A stretch of DNA of 64,000 nt from an uncultured delta proteobacterium (GCA_963789395.1 CAWBKP010000020.1:96001-160000), one strand, 5' to 3'; positions 50,879 to 63,138 are shown, numbered from the stretch's first letter. The notes: generated from the letters alone by a model not told the origin. Program-made: numbers and translations.

Positions 50879-51886
50879 GTGGAACAACAGATAGAACAGA
50901 TTCTTCAGCAGGCCCTGGGCGAGCTTCAGTCAGCTTCGCAGGCTGCGCAGCTTCAATCTTTTTCGGTCCAGTATCTGGGACGAAAGGGGCTTGTCACCCA
51001 ATATCTCCGGAACATCTCCCAGCTGCCGGCTGAACAGCGCCCGATGGCAGGAAAAAGAGCCAATGAGATAAAAAATATCCTGGAAGAAGCCCTGCAACAG
51101 GCGCTTCATGAAATTGAAGCCAGGCAGGCTGCGCAAGATGTCGGCATTGATGTCTCCTTGCCGGGCCGGGCCGTATTTCAGGGATCCATCCATCCGATTA
51201 CCCAAATTACCCGACAGATCTGCGAGATTTTTACGGCCATGGGCTTTGCCGTTGCGGAAGGGCCTGAGGTGGAATTGGATCACTACAATTTTGAGTCCTT
51301 GAATATCCCCAAAAATCACCCGGCAAGGGATATGCAGGATACGTTTTATGTGTCGGAATCCATCGTCCTTCGGACCCATACCTCGCCGATTCAGGTCCGG
51401 TATATGGAAACGCATGCTCCCCCGGTCAAGATCATTGCTCCGGGAAAGGTGTACCGGTGCGATTCGGACATTACCCACACGCCGATGTTTCATCAGGTTG
51501 AAGGGCTCGTTGTCGGAGAATCCATCTCCTTTGGAGACTTGAAAGGCATTCTGACGGTGTTTGTCCACCGGATGTTTGATGATCAGACCAGCCTGCGGTT
51601 TCGCCCCAGTTATTTTCCCTTTACCGAACCCAGCGCCGAGGTGGATATCCTGTGTGTCATGTGTCGGGGTAAGGGATGCCGGGTGTGCAAGCAGACCGGA
51701 TGGCTTGAAGTGCTTGGATCCGGAATGGTACATCCTGCTGTTTTTGAGAATGTCGGTTACGACACTTCCCGCTACACGGGGTTTGCGTTTGGAATGGGCG
51801 TTGAGCGGATCGCCATGCTGAAATTCGGAATTGACGATATCCGGAAATATTATGAAAACGACATTCGTTTTTTAAAACAGTTCTAA
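50879..51886 (+). CDS. pheS: Phenylalanine-tRNA ligase alpha subunit
   Basis: HPARDMQDTF, LRTHTSP, FRPSYFPFTEPS, GFAFGMGVER. Confidence 0.97.
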   Translation: MEQQIEQILQQALGELQSASQAAQLQSFSVQYLGRKGLVTQYLRNISQLPAEQRPMAGKRANEIKNILEEALQQALHEIEARQAAQDVGIDVSLPGRAVFQGSIHPITQITRQICEIFTAMGFAVAEGPEVELDHYNFESLNIPKNHPARDMQDTFYVSESIVLRTHTSPIQVRYMETHAPPVKIIAPGKVYRCDSDITHTPMFHQVEGLVVGESISFGDLKGILTVFVHRMFDDQTSLRFRPSYFPFTEPSAEVDILCVMCRGKGCRVCKQTGWLEVLGSGMVHPAVFENVGYDTSRYTGFAFGMGVERIAMLKFGIDDIRKYYENDIRFLKQF

Positions 51887-51974
51887 CCGGTTTTTTGCTG
51901 CTGGGTAAAATGGCTTCTCAGTCGCCTCGCACATGTGAGATCCGGTATGTTATGATGTACAAGGTTTTGATCTG

Positions 51975-54389
51975 ATGAAAATAAGCTTAAACTGGCTAAA
52001 ATCATATGTTCCGATACAACTGGACGTCGCGGTTCTTGCCGAGGCGCTGACTATGACGGGTCTTGAGGTAGAGGCTGTTTACGATCGCTACGATTATTTA
52101 AAAACAGTCGTCGTCGGCCGCGTTGTCAGCATCATGGCCCATCCGAAATCCGAAAAGCTTTGCTGCTGTATCGTGGATTCCGGAACAGCGCGGATACCCG
52201 TTGTCTGCGGAGCGCCAAATGTTCATCTCAACTGTCTGTCTGCGTTGGCGCTTCCCGGAACACAGCTGCCCGACGGCACGATCATCGAAGCCGGGGTGAT
52301 TCGCGGGGCCGATTCGGAAGGCATGTTGTGCAGTGAGGCGGAGCTCGGGCTCGGGCCGGATCGCAGCGGGATCATGCTTTTGGATCCCGCCTTGACAGTC
52401 GGTGATTCTCTGGCTTCAGCGCTTGATCTTTCAGATACCGTACTGGAAATCGGATTGACGCCCAATCGCTCCGATTGCCTCAGCCTGATCGGGATCGCCA
52501 GAGAAGTGGCCGCGATTCAGAAAACCGCCCTGTCGTATGCCGGAAATCAGACTTCCCGAAGGAAAAGGTCAGATCCGTGACAGATGACATCGGTTTCGAT
52601 TCTTGCGCCCGACCATTGTCCCCGGTATGCGGCCAGAATACTGACAGGGGCAACAGTCCGTCCTTCGCCGCACTGGCTTTGCGACCGGCTGATATCCGTC
52701 GGCATCAGACCCATCAACAACGTGGTGGATATTACCAATTTTGTGATGATGGAAACCGGCCAGCCGCTTCATGCCTTTGATTTTGATCGTCTTGCCGGGC
52801 ATCGCATCGTGGTTCGCACCGCTGTTGCCGGAGAGCAGTTCACAACGCTGGATCATAAATCGCGAACCCTGAGCGCCGATATGCTCATGATCTGCGATGG
52901 GGAAAAGCCGGTTGCCATTGCAGGGGTCATGGGCGGCTGCAATTCTGAAATCGAATCGACGACGCAATCGATTCTGATTGAAAGCGCCTGTTTTGATCCA
53001 TCCAGTATCCGGAAAACATCCAAATACTTTGGACTGAATACGGATGCCTCCCATCGGTTTGAACGCGGTGTGGATCCTGAAGGGACGGTTTTTGCATTGG
53101 ATCGGGCTGCGGCGCTGATGGCCGATATCTGCGGCGGTATTTTGATTGAAGGGGTCGTTGACGAGCGTCCGGCCGTTCGCGAGCAACTGTCGCTTGTTCT
53201 CAGCACCGAAGCCACCAATCGGCTTCTGGGAACACGGATCGATTCCGCGGTCATGGACAGTATGCTGCAATCCATCGGTTTTTTGGTTGAACCGCTGAAC
53301 CCGGATCAGAGAAAGGTGATTCCGCCGTCTTTTCGCGTGGATGTTTCCCGGCCGGTGGATCTTATGGAAGAAATTGCCCGGCTTTCCGGTTATGATCGCA
53401 TCCCTACGACGTTTCCCGTTATCTCGGAAGGATCGGCCGGTGCCTTGCCGTCTCAGCGTCACAGGGAACAGATCCTGCGCCTGATGACCGGTTTGGGTTT
53501 TTCAGAAACCATCACCTACAGCTTCGTTCACCCGCAGTCCTGTCAATACCTCAGAATTGCATCCGGTGATCCCAGGGCGCGCGCGCTTCGTGTCCTGAAC
53601 CCGCTGAGCGAAGACCAGGGGATCATGCGTACTTCGCTGATCCCGGGCATGCTGGAGACCGTGTACCGGAATATTTCCCGACAGTCCCGAAACCTGAAGC
53701 TTTTTGAAATCGGCAATGTATTTGTCAGTAACGGCCAGGACGCCCTTCCGGATGAAATTGAAATGCTTTCCGGCTTGTGGACAGGTGCGCGTCAGGAGGT
53801 ATCGTGGCATATGCCGGATACGGCATGTGATTTCTATGACCTCAAAGGGGTGCTCGAAGCGTTCCTGGAAGCGCTTCATATTGACGGGGTGCAATTTTCC
53901 CGGAATGCGGCCCTGTCCTGTCCCTATCTGAAACCCGGCCATGCGGCCGGTATTCAGTGCGGCCGGCAGTTGGTGGGATATATCGGCCAGGTGCATCCGG
54001 AAACGCAAAGTTATTTCAATATCAAACAGCCGGTCTATGTCTTTGAAGTCGATATTCGAAAGCTTTTTGCCGGTGTTCCCGATGCCCTGCAGACAGCGCC
54101 GATTCCCAGGTTTCCGGCAGTTGCCAGGGACATAACGCTGATTCTTTCAAAAGCCATTGAATCCAGCAGGATCGTGGAAATGGTTCAGGAAATGCATGAC
54201 CCGCTGGTTGAGCGAATCATGCTCTTTGATGTGTTTGAGGGAGGACATCTTCCGCCGGACAAAAAAAGCCTTTCTTTCCGGATGACCTACCGTTCCGCGG
54301 TTGGAACGCTGGAGGATGAGGCTATAAATGTACTTCATAAAAGCATTTCAGATAAACTGATTCAGGAATTTAATGCATCGCTGCCTTAG
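51975..54389 (+). CDS. pheT: Phenylalanine-tRNA ligase beta subunit, interrupted by apparent compensating indels (~52539, ~52580) that create a TGA
   Basis: Both ORFs are PheT-like and in the same frame (TPNRSDCLS; INNVVDITN, ASHRFERG, RFPAVARD). Confidence 0.93.
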
Positions 54390-54464
54390 TGAGCAGACAG
54401 CCAGGGAATTTTCAGATATCGATCAATGCTCACTTTGGGTCAGGAATGTTCGTGGGGAGTCACT

Positions 54465-54788
54465 ATGCCTGATCAAAAGTTTCTGCCGGACAAACTGTAT
54501 TTCAAGATCGGCGAGGTAAGCCGGATTGCCGGGCTGCCATCGCATGTCATTCGATTCTGGGAAAATGAGTTCTCGAAAATCAGACCCCATCGAACCCCGT
54601 CCGGCCAGCGTCTGTACACCCAGCGAAATATTGAGACCATTCTTGAAATCAAGCACCTGCTTTATGAGCAAAAATATACCATTGAAGGCGCCAGGCAGTT
54701 CATGAAATCCAGTAAATCCGGGGTGACGCCGGCTGTTCTGTCCGAGATACGGCTGGAGCTTGAACGCATCAAAGCCATGTTGTCCTGA
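54465..54788 (+). CDS. MerR-family HTH regulator
   Basis: PDKLYFKIGEVS...HVIRFWENEF...GQRLYT...YTIEGA, the family usually found after pheT/ihfA. Confidence 0.9.
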   Translation: MPDQKFLPDKLYFKIGEVSRIAGLPSHVIRFWENEFSKIRPHRTPSGQRLYTQRNIETILEIKHLLYEQKYTIEGARQFMKSSKSGVTPAVLSEIRLELERIKAMLS

Positions 54789-54901
54789 AATGATGGACCG
54801 CACACCTGTCGGTTTTTTTGTCATCTGATACAGGTGCATGGAATCCGCTTTGCTCCCCGGGATCCCTATCCCCGATAGTGCTTCTGAATTTACGAAAAAT
54901 A

Positions 54902-54930
54902 TTGACAATCTTGCAATTTTAACGTACTTT
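54902..54930 (+). promoter_or_regulatory. sigma70 promoter for the tRNA
   Basis: TTGACA-N17-TACTTT. Confidence 0.65.
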
Positions 54931-54944
54931 GCCAATGTTAATTA

Positions 54945-55020
54945 GCGGGCATAGCTCAGCTGGTAGAGTACAAGCTTCCCAAGCTTGGTGTCGCGAGTTC
55001 GAATCTCGTTGCCCGCTCCA
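54945..55020 (+). tRNA. tRNA-Gly(CCC)
   Basis: GCGGGCA/TGCCCGC acceptor stem, CAAGC-TTCCCAA-GCTTG anticodon arm, GTTCGAATC T-loop, encoded CCA end. Confidence 0.96.
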
Positions 55021-55162
55021 TAGTGAGTCCGTTTTTTCATTTAATGACTAAATGAAATGCAGCGTTTTCATCAATAGTGGTGGGGTTAAAGCGTGTAATT
55101 TTTTTCGGTTTATTACATCAGATATGTTTTTTTGATCTCACCGCAGTACATCAAATGAGAGG

Positions 55163-55186
55163 AAACGGGCAACAGCCCGTTTTTTT
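55163..55186 (+). terminator. Terminator/attenuator-like hairpin just before rimP
   Basis: AAACGGGC-AACA-GCCCGTTT followed by a T-run. Confidence 0.65.
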
Positions 55187-55193
55187 ATTTTTA

Positions 55194-55745
55194 ATGACTG
55201 AGCGATTTAACCGAATAAAGCCATTGCGGAAAAAGGGAAATAAAACTGAAAGCCCGTTGCCGAAGGTTTCTCGCTTAACACGGGACGAAATCATTGCAAA
55301 GGCCAATGAACTGGCCGGCCCGTTGTGCACCGACGAAGGAAAAGAGCTGGTTTATATAGAATACCAGCGTGAACCTCACGGGATGGTTCTGCGCATTTAT
55401 ATCGATAAACCCGGCGGGGTGACCTTGCAGGATTGCACGCATGTCAGCCGTCAGCTGCAGGATCTTCTGGATGTTCATCTGGATATGAGTGATAATTACT
55501 ACCTTGAGGTCTCATCTCCAGGGGCTAATCGCCCATTGGGAAAGCTGGCGGATTTTGACAGGTTTAAAGGATGCCAGGCCAAGATCAAGATCGTTCGCCC
55601 GATCGATGGTCAAAAAAACTTTACCGGTATTCTGTCCGGCATTTTGCAGGAAGCAGTTGTGATTCAGCTTGGCGACCGAATCGTTGAGATACCTTACCAG
55701 GACATTTCCCGGGCAAGGCTGGTCAATTATAATGGAGACATCTGA
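55194..55745 (+). CDS. rimP: Ribosome maturation factor RimP (start uncertain)
   Basis: LRIYIDKPGGVTLQDC..VSR, YYLEVSSPG.NRPL. Confidence 0.93.
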   Translation: MTERFNRIKPLRKKGNKTESPLPKVSRLTRDEIIAKANELAGPLCTDEGKELVYIEYQREPHGMVLRIYIDKPGGVTLQDCTHVSRQLQDLLDVHLDMSDNYYLEVSSPGANRPLGKLADFDRFKGCQAKIKIVRPIDGQKNFTGILSGILQEAVVIQLGDRIVEIPYQDISRARLVNYNGDI

Positions 55746-57070
55746 TGCTCATTACAGACATTAAGCGCGTGGTTGAACAAATAAGTCGAGACAAGGGGAT
55801 TGAAAGGAATATCCTGATTGAAGCCCTTGAGGAAGCACTGAAATCCGCAGCCCGTAAAAAATTTGGAAATAAGATTGATATCGAAACCCAATACAATGGC
55901 AAAACCGGTGAAATCGAAGTCTTTCAGTTCAAAGAAGTCGCGGATGTCATAACGGATCCGGACACGCAGATGAGCCTGGTGGAAGGGCGGAAGCTGGACC
56001 CTGAATGTGAAATCGGCGACAGTCTGGGCATGAAAATGGACACGGCGGTGTTTGGTCGTATTGCAGCCCAGTCCGCCAAACAGGTCATTATTCAAAAAAT
56101 GAAGGATGCGGAAAGAGAGGCGGTGTATTCCAGTTTTGTGGACAGAAAAGGGGATATCATCAACGGGATCGTTCAACGGATCGAGCATGGCAATATCATT
56201 GTCAATCTGGGACAGACCGAAGCGGTTCTGCCTGCGGACCAGCAGATTCCCAAGGAATCCTATCGCCGGGGAGACAGGCTCCGCGCCTATATTCAGGATG
56301 TGAAAGAAGAATCCAGAGGGCCTCAGGTCATTCTGTCGCGGACCCATCCCAATTTCTTGATCAATCTGTTCAAGACGGAAGTTCCGGAAATCAGCGAAGG
56401 CATAGTGGTGATCAAGGGCGCGGCCCGGGAGCCGGGTGTCCGGGCGAAATTTTCCGTTGTTTCCAATGATTCGGACATCGATCCCGTGGGCGCCTGTGTG
56501 GGTGTCAAGGGCAGTCGCGTTCAGAGTGTGGTTCAGGAACTCAGGGGAGAAAAAATCGATATTATTCCCTGGCACATGGATGCGGCAAAATATGTATGCA
56601 ATGCGTTGGCGCCCGCTGAAATCCTGCGGGTCATCATTGATGAGACCAAACATGCAATGGAAGTGATTGTCCCGGATGAATTCCTGTCCATTGCCATCGG
56701 CAAGCGCGGCCAGAATGTGCGACTGGCATCCAAGCTGACCGGATGGCAGCTGGACGTAAAAAGCGAAAAACAATACACCGACACCATGAAGGAAAATTAC
56801 GACGTCCTTGCAGCCCTTCCCGGGATGAGCCCTTCTCTTGCCGATATTTTGTGTGAAAAAGGCTTTTACTCGATCGAAGAGCTCAGCCATGCTTCAGTGG
56901 AAGATATCGCGGACATTGAAGCGCTGGATGAAGAAATGGCATTGAATCTGATAAGTGCCGCAAGACAGGCATTTTCAGGTTCTCAGAAAAAACGAAGATC
57001 CGGGGACAAGACGGCTTCAGCCGGCAAAGCTGTGGATATTGAGACAGCGGATACGGATGAGAGTCATTAA
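55745..57070 (+). CDS. nusA: Transcription termination factor NusA
   Basis: [51 protein letters not shown]. Confidence 0.97.
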   Translation: MLITDIKRVVEQISRDKGIERNILIEALEEALKSAARKKFGNKIDIETQYNGKTGEIEVFQFKEVADVITDPDTQMSLVEGRKLDPECEIGDSLGMKMDTAVFGRIAAQSAKQVIIQKMKDAEREAVYSSFVDRKGDIINGIVQRIEHGNIIVNLGQTEAVLPADQQIPKESYRRGDRLRAYIQDVKEESRGPQVILSRTHPNFLINLFKTEVPEISEGIVVIKGAAREPGVRAKFSVVSNDSDIDPVGACVGVKGSRVQSVVQELRGEKIDIIPWHMDAAKYVCNALAPAEILRVIIDETKHAMEVIVPDEFLSIAIGKRGQNVRLASKLTGWQLDVKSEKQYTDTMKENYDVLAALPGMSPSLADILCEKGFYSIEELSHASVEDIADIEALDEEMALNLISAARQAFSGSQKKRRSGDKTASAGKAVDIETADTDESH

Positions 57071-57191
57071 GCGGAGCGGCCCATGTCTTGCTCACGATTC
57101 AAAACAGTAACGGGCTTTTTGCAAGTTCAGAAAGCTAAAGGGTTCTGGGCAGTTATCAAAGCTGGTACATCAGAAAAATTAAGGGGGGTAA

Positions 57192-60092
57192 ATGGCAAAA
57201 ATCAGAGTATTTGAACTTGCCAGGGATCTTAACATGACCAATAAAGTACTGCTTGAAAGAATGCGGGATCTGGATATTTCCGTAGTCAGCCATTTAAGCT
57301 CTCTGGAAGATGAAGACGTTGCCAAAATCAAGGAAAATGTCGGTGGCGGAAAGCAAAAAAAAGCCGAAGCTGTAAAAGTAAAACCGACCATTATTCGGCG
57401 GCGCAGGGAACCTGTTGCCCAGGAAGCCGTTTCCGATGAAAAACCGCCCATACCGCAACCCCCCCCGGAAGAACCTGACGTTTCTCCTGAAATGGCGGCA
57501 GAACCGGGTGCGATGGCATCCGAAGCTCCGCTTGTCGCCGAGACCCGCCTAAAGAAAAAAAAGCCCGTTCCGGACAGCCATAAAAAGGCTGATTTGGCCG
57601 GAGCCGAGGCGCCGGATGTGTCTGAACCCGAAATGCCTGTTTCCGCAAAGCCTGTCACTAAAGAAGCGCCGGCAGTGATCATTTCTCCGGCAGTAAAGGA
57701 ACCGAAAGCGGCGCCGGCTCCTTCCGATCTTGTGGAAACAGCGGAAGCGGAAGATAAGACGGTGCTTGCCGAAACCGAAGCAACGGAAGCGCCCGACGAG
57801 GGGGCGATTTCTGTTCCGGAAATGCCTTCGGTGGAACCACCTTCCGAAATGCCGCCGGATGAACCTGCCGCGCTTACGCTGGAAGGCCGAGTGGAAAGGG
57901 CCGGAAAAAAGAAAAAGAAACTCAAAAAGGATATGCCGGCCAAAATCATCAAGCTGGCTCCGCCTGTTCCTGAGACCCAGGTTCCAGCGGCACAGGCACC
58001 GGAATCCGCCGGGCTTCCGGAAAGAGACCTTGCCAGAAGGCCGAAATTCAAATCGGATAAATTCCCCCAGGTTGTTCCCGAAGTGCTTCCCGATGCTGAA
58101 AAACCCAAGGAAGCCCTTGTCAAGGATAAGAAGAAGAAGAAGGCCGGCAAGGAAGTCGAGGAAGAAGTTGTTGATAAAAAACTGATTAAAAAGAAGGTTC
58201 CCTTTCGGAAAAAAGAAATCGTTGAAGGGGTCGATCTGTATTCGGACACGCTGCGCGGCCGCAAAGCCGGCCGAAAAGGCGGCAAGGGCAAACAGCTGCC
58301 GGTTCTGCAGAAACCCCAATTGACAACGCCCAAGGCGATCAAACGACGGATCAAAGTGGATGACACCATCGCGCTTTCCGAACTTGCCAAACGCATGGGG
58401 ATTAAAGCCAGCGAAATTATCGTGAAGCTGATGGGCATGGGGGTGATGGCGACCCTGAATCAGGTCATTGATTTTGACACCGCGGTTCTGGTTGCAACGG
58501 AGTTCAACTTCGAGCTTGAAAGAGCCGCTTTTGAGGAAGATACCTTATTGAAGATCGAAAAGGAAGACCCGGAAAAACGAATTGGAAGACCCCCGGTGGT
58601 GACCATCATGGGGCACGTGGATCATGGCAAGACATCGCTTCTGGATGTGATTCGAAAAACCCGTGTCACGGAAGGGGAGGCCGGCGGCATCACGCAGCAT
58701 ATCGGCGCATACCACGTTGCCACGGACCGGGGACAGATCGTTTTTCTGGATACGCCCGGACATGAAGCGTTTACAGCCATGCGGTCCCGCGGAGCCGGCA
58801 TCACCGATCTGGTTGTTCTCGTGGTTGCCGCAGATGATGGTGTCATGCCCCAGACGCTTGAGGCCATCAACCATTCCCGGGTCGCCAATGTGCCCATCAT
58901 CGTCGCCATCAACAAGATCGACAAACCTGGCGCCGATACCGACCGGGTTCAGCGTGAACTGGCTGATGCCGGTCTGGTTTCAGAAGATTGGGGCGGGGAC
59001 ACTATTTTCGTCAAGGTTTCCGCTAAAACCAACATTGGAATCGACACCCTGCTGGAGATGATTCTGCTGCAGGCGGAAGTCATGGAGCTGAAAGCGGACC
59101 CGGACAGACCTGCTTTCGGTCACGTTGTCGAAGCCAAGCTGGATATCGGACGGGGTCCGGTGGCTACCGTGCTGGTGCAGCAGGGAACGCTGCGGGCAGG
59201 AGATGCCGTTGTCTGCGGGGTTCACTACGGCAAGGTTCGGGCGCTTCTGAACGATTGCGGGGTTCAGGTGGAATCGGCAGGGCCCTCCATACCGGTAGAA
59301 GTCATCGGTCTTTCGGGCGTGCCCATGGCCGGCGATGAACTGGTCGCCCTGGCAGATGAAAAAGACGCCAGGCAGGTCAGTCTTCACCGGGTTCAGAAAC
59401 AGCGCTCAAAGGATTTGACCAAGACCACCCGGCTGAGTCTGGATAAGCTATTCGAGCAGATGAAGGATGGCCTTGTCAAGGACCTGAATATCATCATCAA
59501 GGCGGATGTTCACGGATCCATCGAAGCGCTGGGAGATTCTCTGGTGAAACTCTCCAACGAAGAAGTCAATATCAACGTTATCCATGCTGCTACCGGCGCC
59601 ATCACCGAATCCGATGTGTCACTGGCCACGGTATCGGATGCCATTATCATCGGCTTTAATGTCAGACCCAGTGCCAAGGTTCAGAACATGGCCGCCGAAG
59701 AGCATGTTGACATGCGGTTTTATAACATCATTTACAATGTCATCAAGGACGTGAAAGACGCCATTGTCGGCATGATGAAGTCAACGTTTCAGGAACGGGT
59801 TCTGGGCCGGGCCGAGGTGCGCGAAATATTCCATGTGCCCAAGGTTGGAACCATTGCAGGTTGCTCGGTGACGGATGGGAAAATCCAGCGCGGCAAGCTG
59901 ATCCGGCTCCTCAGAGACGGCATCGTGACGTTTGAAGGCAAAATAGGCAGCCTCAGACGCTATAAGGACGATGTCAAGGAAGTGGTCAGCGGTTACGAAT
60001 GTGGCATCGGCATCGAAAACTATAATGATATCAAGCTGGGGGATATCATTGAATGCTATTACATGGAAGAATTCAAACCCGAAGTTGAATAA
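57192..60092 (+). CDS. infB: Translation initiation factor IF-2
   Basis: [32 protein letters not shown]; long low-complexity N-terminus. Confidence 0.97.
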   Translation: MAKIRVFELARDLNMTNKVLLERMRDLDISVVSHLSSLEDEDVAKIKENVGGGKQKKAEAVKVKPTIIRRRREPVAQEAVSDEKPPIPQPPPEEPDVSPEMAAEPGAMASEAPLVAETRLKKKKPVPDSHKKADLAGAEAPDVSEPEMPVSAKPVTKEAPAVIISPAVKEPKAAPAPSDLVETAEAEDKTVLAETEATEAPDEGAISVPEMPSVEPPSEMPPDEPAALTLEGRVERAGKKKKKLKKDMPAKIIKLAPPVPETQVPAAQAPESAGLPERDLARRPKFKSDKFPQVVPEVLPDAEKPKEALVKDKKKKKAGKEVEEEVVDKKLIKKKVPFRKKEIVEGVDLYSDTLRGRKAGRKGGKGKQLPVLQKPQLTTPKAIKRRIKVDDTIALSELAKRMGIKASEIIVKLMGMGVMATLNQVIDFDTAVLVATEFNFELERAAFEEDTLLKIEKEDPEKRIGRPPVVTIMGHVDHGKTSLLDVIRKTRVTEGEAGGITQHIGAYHVATDRGQIVFLDTPGHEAFTAMRSRGAGITDLVVLVVAADDGVMPQTLEAINHSRVANVPIIVAINKIDKPGADTDRVQRELADAGLVSEDWGGDTIFVKVSAKTNIGIDTLLEMILLQAEVMELKADPDRPAFGHVVEAKLDIGRGPVATVLVQQGTLRAGDAVVCGVHYGKVRALLNDCGVQVESAGPSIPVEVIGLSGVPMAGDELVALADEKDARQVSLHRVQKQRSKDLTKTTRLSLDKLFEQMKDGLVKDLNIIIKADVHGSIEALGDSLVKLSNEEVNINVIHAATGAITESDVSLATVSDAIIIGFNVRPSAKVQNMAAEEHVDMRFYNIIYNVIKDVKDAIVGMMKSTFQERVLGRAEVREIFHVPKVGTIAGCSVTDGKIQRGKLIRLLRDGIVTFEGKIGSLRRYKDDVKEVVSGYECGIGIENYNDIKLGDIIECYYMEEFKPEVE

Positions 60093-60101
60093 GCCGCTGT
60101 T

Positions 60102-60389
60102 ATGGTTGTCGGATACGGAATCATTACGTTCAGACTGCACGATTGCCGGTCCCTTAAGGAAAAAAGATCGGTCGTCAAGACGGTTGTCCACCAGATTCAG
60201 AATCATTTCAACGTTTCCGTTGCGGAAGTCGGCGCCAATGATATCCACCAGATGGCCGAGATCGGGTTTGCCCTGGTGGGAAACAGCGGCCCGCTGGTGA
60301 ACTCCAAAATGGACAAAATATTAAATCTTGCCCATGAACTGCGAGTTGCGCAAGTCATAAACAGCGAAATGGAAATGATGCGGTTATGA
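60102..60389 (+). CDS. DUF503 (YlxP-like) protein
   Basis: SLKEKRSVVK...FNVSVAEVG..D.HQ; lies between infB and rbfA. Confidence 0.88.
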   Translation: MVVGYGIITFRLHDCRSLKEKRSVVKTVVHQIQNHFNVSVAEVGANDIHQMAEIGFALVGNSGPLVNSKMDKILNLAHELRVAQVINSEMEMMRL

Positions 60390-60760
60390 AATCTTATTCA
60401 CGAGCGGACAGAGTAAGCGGGGAAATCCAGAGGATTATTTCGGATATTCTTCGAAAGGATATCAGCGATCCCCGGTTGAAGCGGGTTGCCATCTCCGGGG
60501 TAAAAATGTCCAAAGACCTGCGAAACGCCAGAATCTACTTTACCCTGAGTGCGGGCAAATACACCCGCGAAGATGCGGCCGAAGCATTTGACAGTGCCAT
60601 GGGATATATCAAGCGCACGCTGGCCGGCCAGTTGGGCCTCAGATATATGCCCGGCATCCGGTTTTTTTATGATGAATCCTTTGATTACGGTTCGCATATT
60701 GACAAAGTTTTAAAATCAATCGATACAGAAGATGGATCATCTCATACACCGCTTGAATAA
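60386..60760 (+). CDS. rbfA: Ribosome-binding factor A
   Basis: RADRV...DPRL...SKDLRNA...LRYMP.I.F.YDES. Confidence 0.95.
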   Translation: MKSYSRADRVSGEIQRIISDILRKDISDPRLKRVAISGVKMSKDLRNARIYFTLSAGKYTREDAAEAFDSAMGYIKRTLAGQLGLRYMPGIRFFYDESFDYGSHIDKVLKSIDTEDGSSHTPLE

Positions 60761-61706
60761 CAGCAGGAATGTGCTGATTACCACCCATGCCAGCCCCGAC
60801 GGAGACGCCATCGCCTCGCTGCTTGCCATGAATCTGGCGCTTCAGGGGAAAGACAAGCGGATTACGCTCTATAACGAAAGCCCGATTCCGGCCGTGTATC
60901 GCTTTTTGCCGCGGGTTCACAGCGTAACCAGCCGGTTGCATTCCCCGGCGCCGTTTGACACGGCCGTGGTTCTGGACTGCGGCGATTTACAGCGGGTCGG
61001 CGAAGCGGCCGGAATCATCGGTCAGATACCTGAAATCATCAACATCGATCATCATATTACCAATACCCGGTTTGGGACCTGCCAGCTGATCGATGTCCAG
61101 GCATGTGCCTGTACGGAAATTCTCCATCAGTTGTTTGAACGGATGAACGTTCCGTTTACACAGGAATTGGCCACCTGTATCTACACGGGAATTTTAACCG
61201 ATACCGGCTCATTCCGATTCTCCAATACCAACCGGACCACCTTTCAAATCTGCGAAAACATGGTTGCCTGCGGAGTGGATCCATTTCAGGTCGCACAGCA
61301 TGTCTATGGTACCTATTCTCTGGGAAGGATCAAGCTCTTGAACCTTGCTCTGGATTCCATTGAAATATCTGAAAACGGAAAGGTCTCCCTGATGGCCTTG
61401 ACGCAGGCGATGCTGAATGAAACCGGCACGCAGCCCGAGGATACGGATGGGATGATCAATTATGCCAGACGAATTCAGGATGTTAAAATTGCCGTGTTGA
61501 TTCAGGAACAGAAAAACGGCAGTGACCGCGCTTCGGGTTATCGGCGCCCGTATCACGTCAGCCTGCGATCCGACGGCAGCGTGGATGTTGCCGCCATTGC
61601 CGCTATGTTCGGCGGCGGCGGTCACCAGAGTGCCGCGGGCTTCAGCATTGAATCCACCCTGACGGAAATTAAAAACCGGATACTGCGGGTGACGGAGTCT
61701 GCCTAG
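60732..61706 (+). CDS. nrnA: DHH-family oligoribonuclease/pAp phosphatase (NrnA-like)
   Basis: THASPDGDA, LDCG, NIDHH, TDTGSFRF, GGGGH. Confidence 0.88.
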   Translation: MDHLIHRLNNSRNVLITTHASPDGDAIASLLAMNLALQGKDKRITLYNESPIPAVYRFLPRVHSVTSRLHSPAPFDTAVVLDCGDLQRVGEAAGIIGQIPEIINIDHHITNTRFGTCQLIDVQACACTEILHQLFERMNVPFTQELATCIYTGILTDTGSFRFSNTNRTTFQICENMVACGVDPFQVAQHVYGTYSLGRIKLLNLALDSIEISENGKVSLMALTQAMLNETGTQPEDTDGMINYARRIQDVKIAVLIQEQKNGSDRASGYRRPYHVSLRSDGSVDVAAIAAMFGGGGHQSAAGFSIESTLTEIKNRILRVTESA

Positions 61707-61712
61707 TGGTGG

Positions 61713-62651
61713 TTGGCTGTGCAGGATAAAAACACATCCCTGAACGGGATACTGGTGATCGATAAACCGCCGGGGCTGTCTTCAGCCAGGGTGGTTTCCA
61801 TTGCCAAGCGACTGCTTCAGGTAAAAAAAATAGGCCATGCCGGCACACTCGACCCCTTTGCCACCGGCGTCTTGATTGTATGCGTCAACCAGGCGACCCG
61901 GTTGGCGCGCTTCTGGTTGAACAGTGCCAAGACGTATCAGGCCGAGCTCTGCCTGGGGATTGAAACAGACACGCAGGATCCCACGGGAGTTGTGGTTTCA
62001 ACCCGCGAAATCCGGGATATTTCCGAAGACACCCTGCGGGGTGTCATGTCGTCATTTGTGGGAACAACGAATCAGGCGCCGCCGGTATATTCGGCATTGA
62101 AACACCAGGGGGTTCCGCTGTATCGGCTTGCCCGAAAAGGGGTGCCGTTTCAAAAGCCTTCCCGACAGATCCGGATTTACAGGCTTGATATTCTGGAAAT
62201 TGCATTGCCTTTGGTCCGTTTTGAGGTGTGCTGCAGTGCAGGCACCTATGTCCGAACCCTCTGCGCGGATATCGGAAAAATTCTGGGGTGCGGCGGCCAT
62301 CTGAAGAATCTCAGGCGGACGGCCAGCAGCGGCTATGCAATCGCAGATGCTGTTTCTCTTTCCGAACTGGAGAATCTGGCCAAATCCGGCGAAGTTGCCC
62401 GGCATCTTATCGGCATGGCCGAAGCGCTGCCGGATATGGTTTCTTTTCAGGCGGATAAAGCTTTGACGGATAAGATCAAATATGGCATGATGATTACAGC
62501 AGCAGATGTTCCGCCGTCCTGTCTGTTACCCGGTGAAACCCTGGTAAAAATCATTGACGGAAACAACCGCCTGTTGTCCATACTCAGTTATGACCCGGTT
62601 CGTGACGGGTTTACCTATTGCTGTTCGTTTGCGACAGACTGTGAAGACTGA
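61713..62651 (+). CDS. truB: tRNA pseudouridine(55) synthase
   Basis: GHAGTLDPFATGVL, PPVYSALK, GTYVRTL. Confidence 0.96.
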   Translation: MAVQDKNTSLNGILVIDKPPGLSSARVVSIAKRLLQVKKIGHAGTLDPFATGVLIVCVNQATRLARFWLNSAKTYQAELCLGIETDTQDPTGVVVSTREIRDISEDTLRGVMSSFVGTTNQAPPVYSALKHQGVPLYRLARKGVPFQKPSRQIRIYRLDILEIALPLVRFEVCCSAGTYVRTLCADIGKILGCGGHLKNLRRTASSGYAIADAVSLSELENLAKSGEVARHLIGMAEALPDMVSFQADKALTDKIKYGMMITAADVPPSCLLPGETLVKIIDGNNRLLSILSYDPVRDGFTYCCSFATDCED

Positions 62652-62868
62652 AGGTCTTTTCATCACCTTTGGTTTTGACGGTCAAACTGGTTGGGACTTG
62701 GCCCGGGGTCACGCATTCATCAACCCTGGATTCGGCCTTAACCGGAAAAGCAGTAACATGGTGTAGCATTGCAGTGGCCAATAGTTCACGGCAAGTTGAG
62801 ATGAATGCCCGCACGGGTGAAGCGGAATTTACCCATTTCACTATTGAAATACAGGAGGATTACAGAAA

Positions 62869-63138
62869 GTGGTGTTTAAACCCGAAGACAAGAAAAAACT
62901 GATTGAACAGTATAAACTTCATGAGAGCGATACCGGGTCGCCGGAGGTCCAGGTCGGACTCATCACCCATCGCATTACCTATCTTACCGAACACCTGAAG
63001 GTGCACACCAAGGATCACCATTCCCGCAGAGGCTTGCTGATGCTTGTCGGCAAGCGCCGCAGGCTCTTGAATTATGTCAAAAACAAAGACGTTCAGCGGT
63101 ATCGGACCATTATTGAAACCCTGGGCTTAAGAAGGTAG
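62869..63138 (+). CDS. rpsO: 30S ribosomal protein S15
   Basis: DTGSPEVQV...[13 protein letters not shown]...LGLRR; GTG start with AGGAGG. Confidence 0.97.
   Translation: MVFKPEDKKKLIEQYKLHESDTGSPEVQVGLITHRITYLTEHLKVHTKDHHSRRGLLMLVGKRRRLLNYVKNKDVQRYRTIIETLGLRR

Noticed and set aside
52578..52580. In-frame TGA in pheT as possible selenocysteine or readthrough
   Set aside because: It is not a Cys position, and the +1 frame just upstream (PEIRLPEGKGQIR) is more PheT-like, indicating paired indels.
57400..58320. Pro/Glu/Ala/Lys-rich repetitive segment
   Set aside because: This is the ordinary low-complexity N-terminal region of IF-2, not a DNA repeat array.
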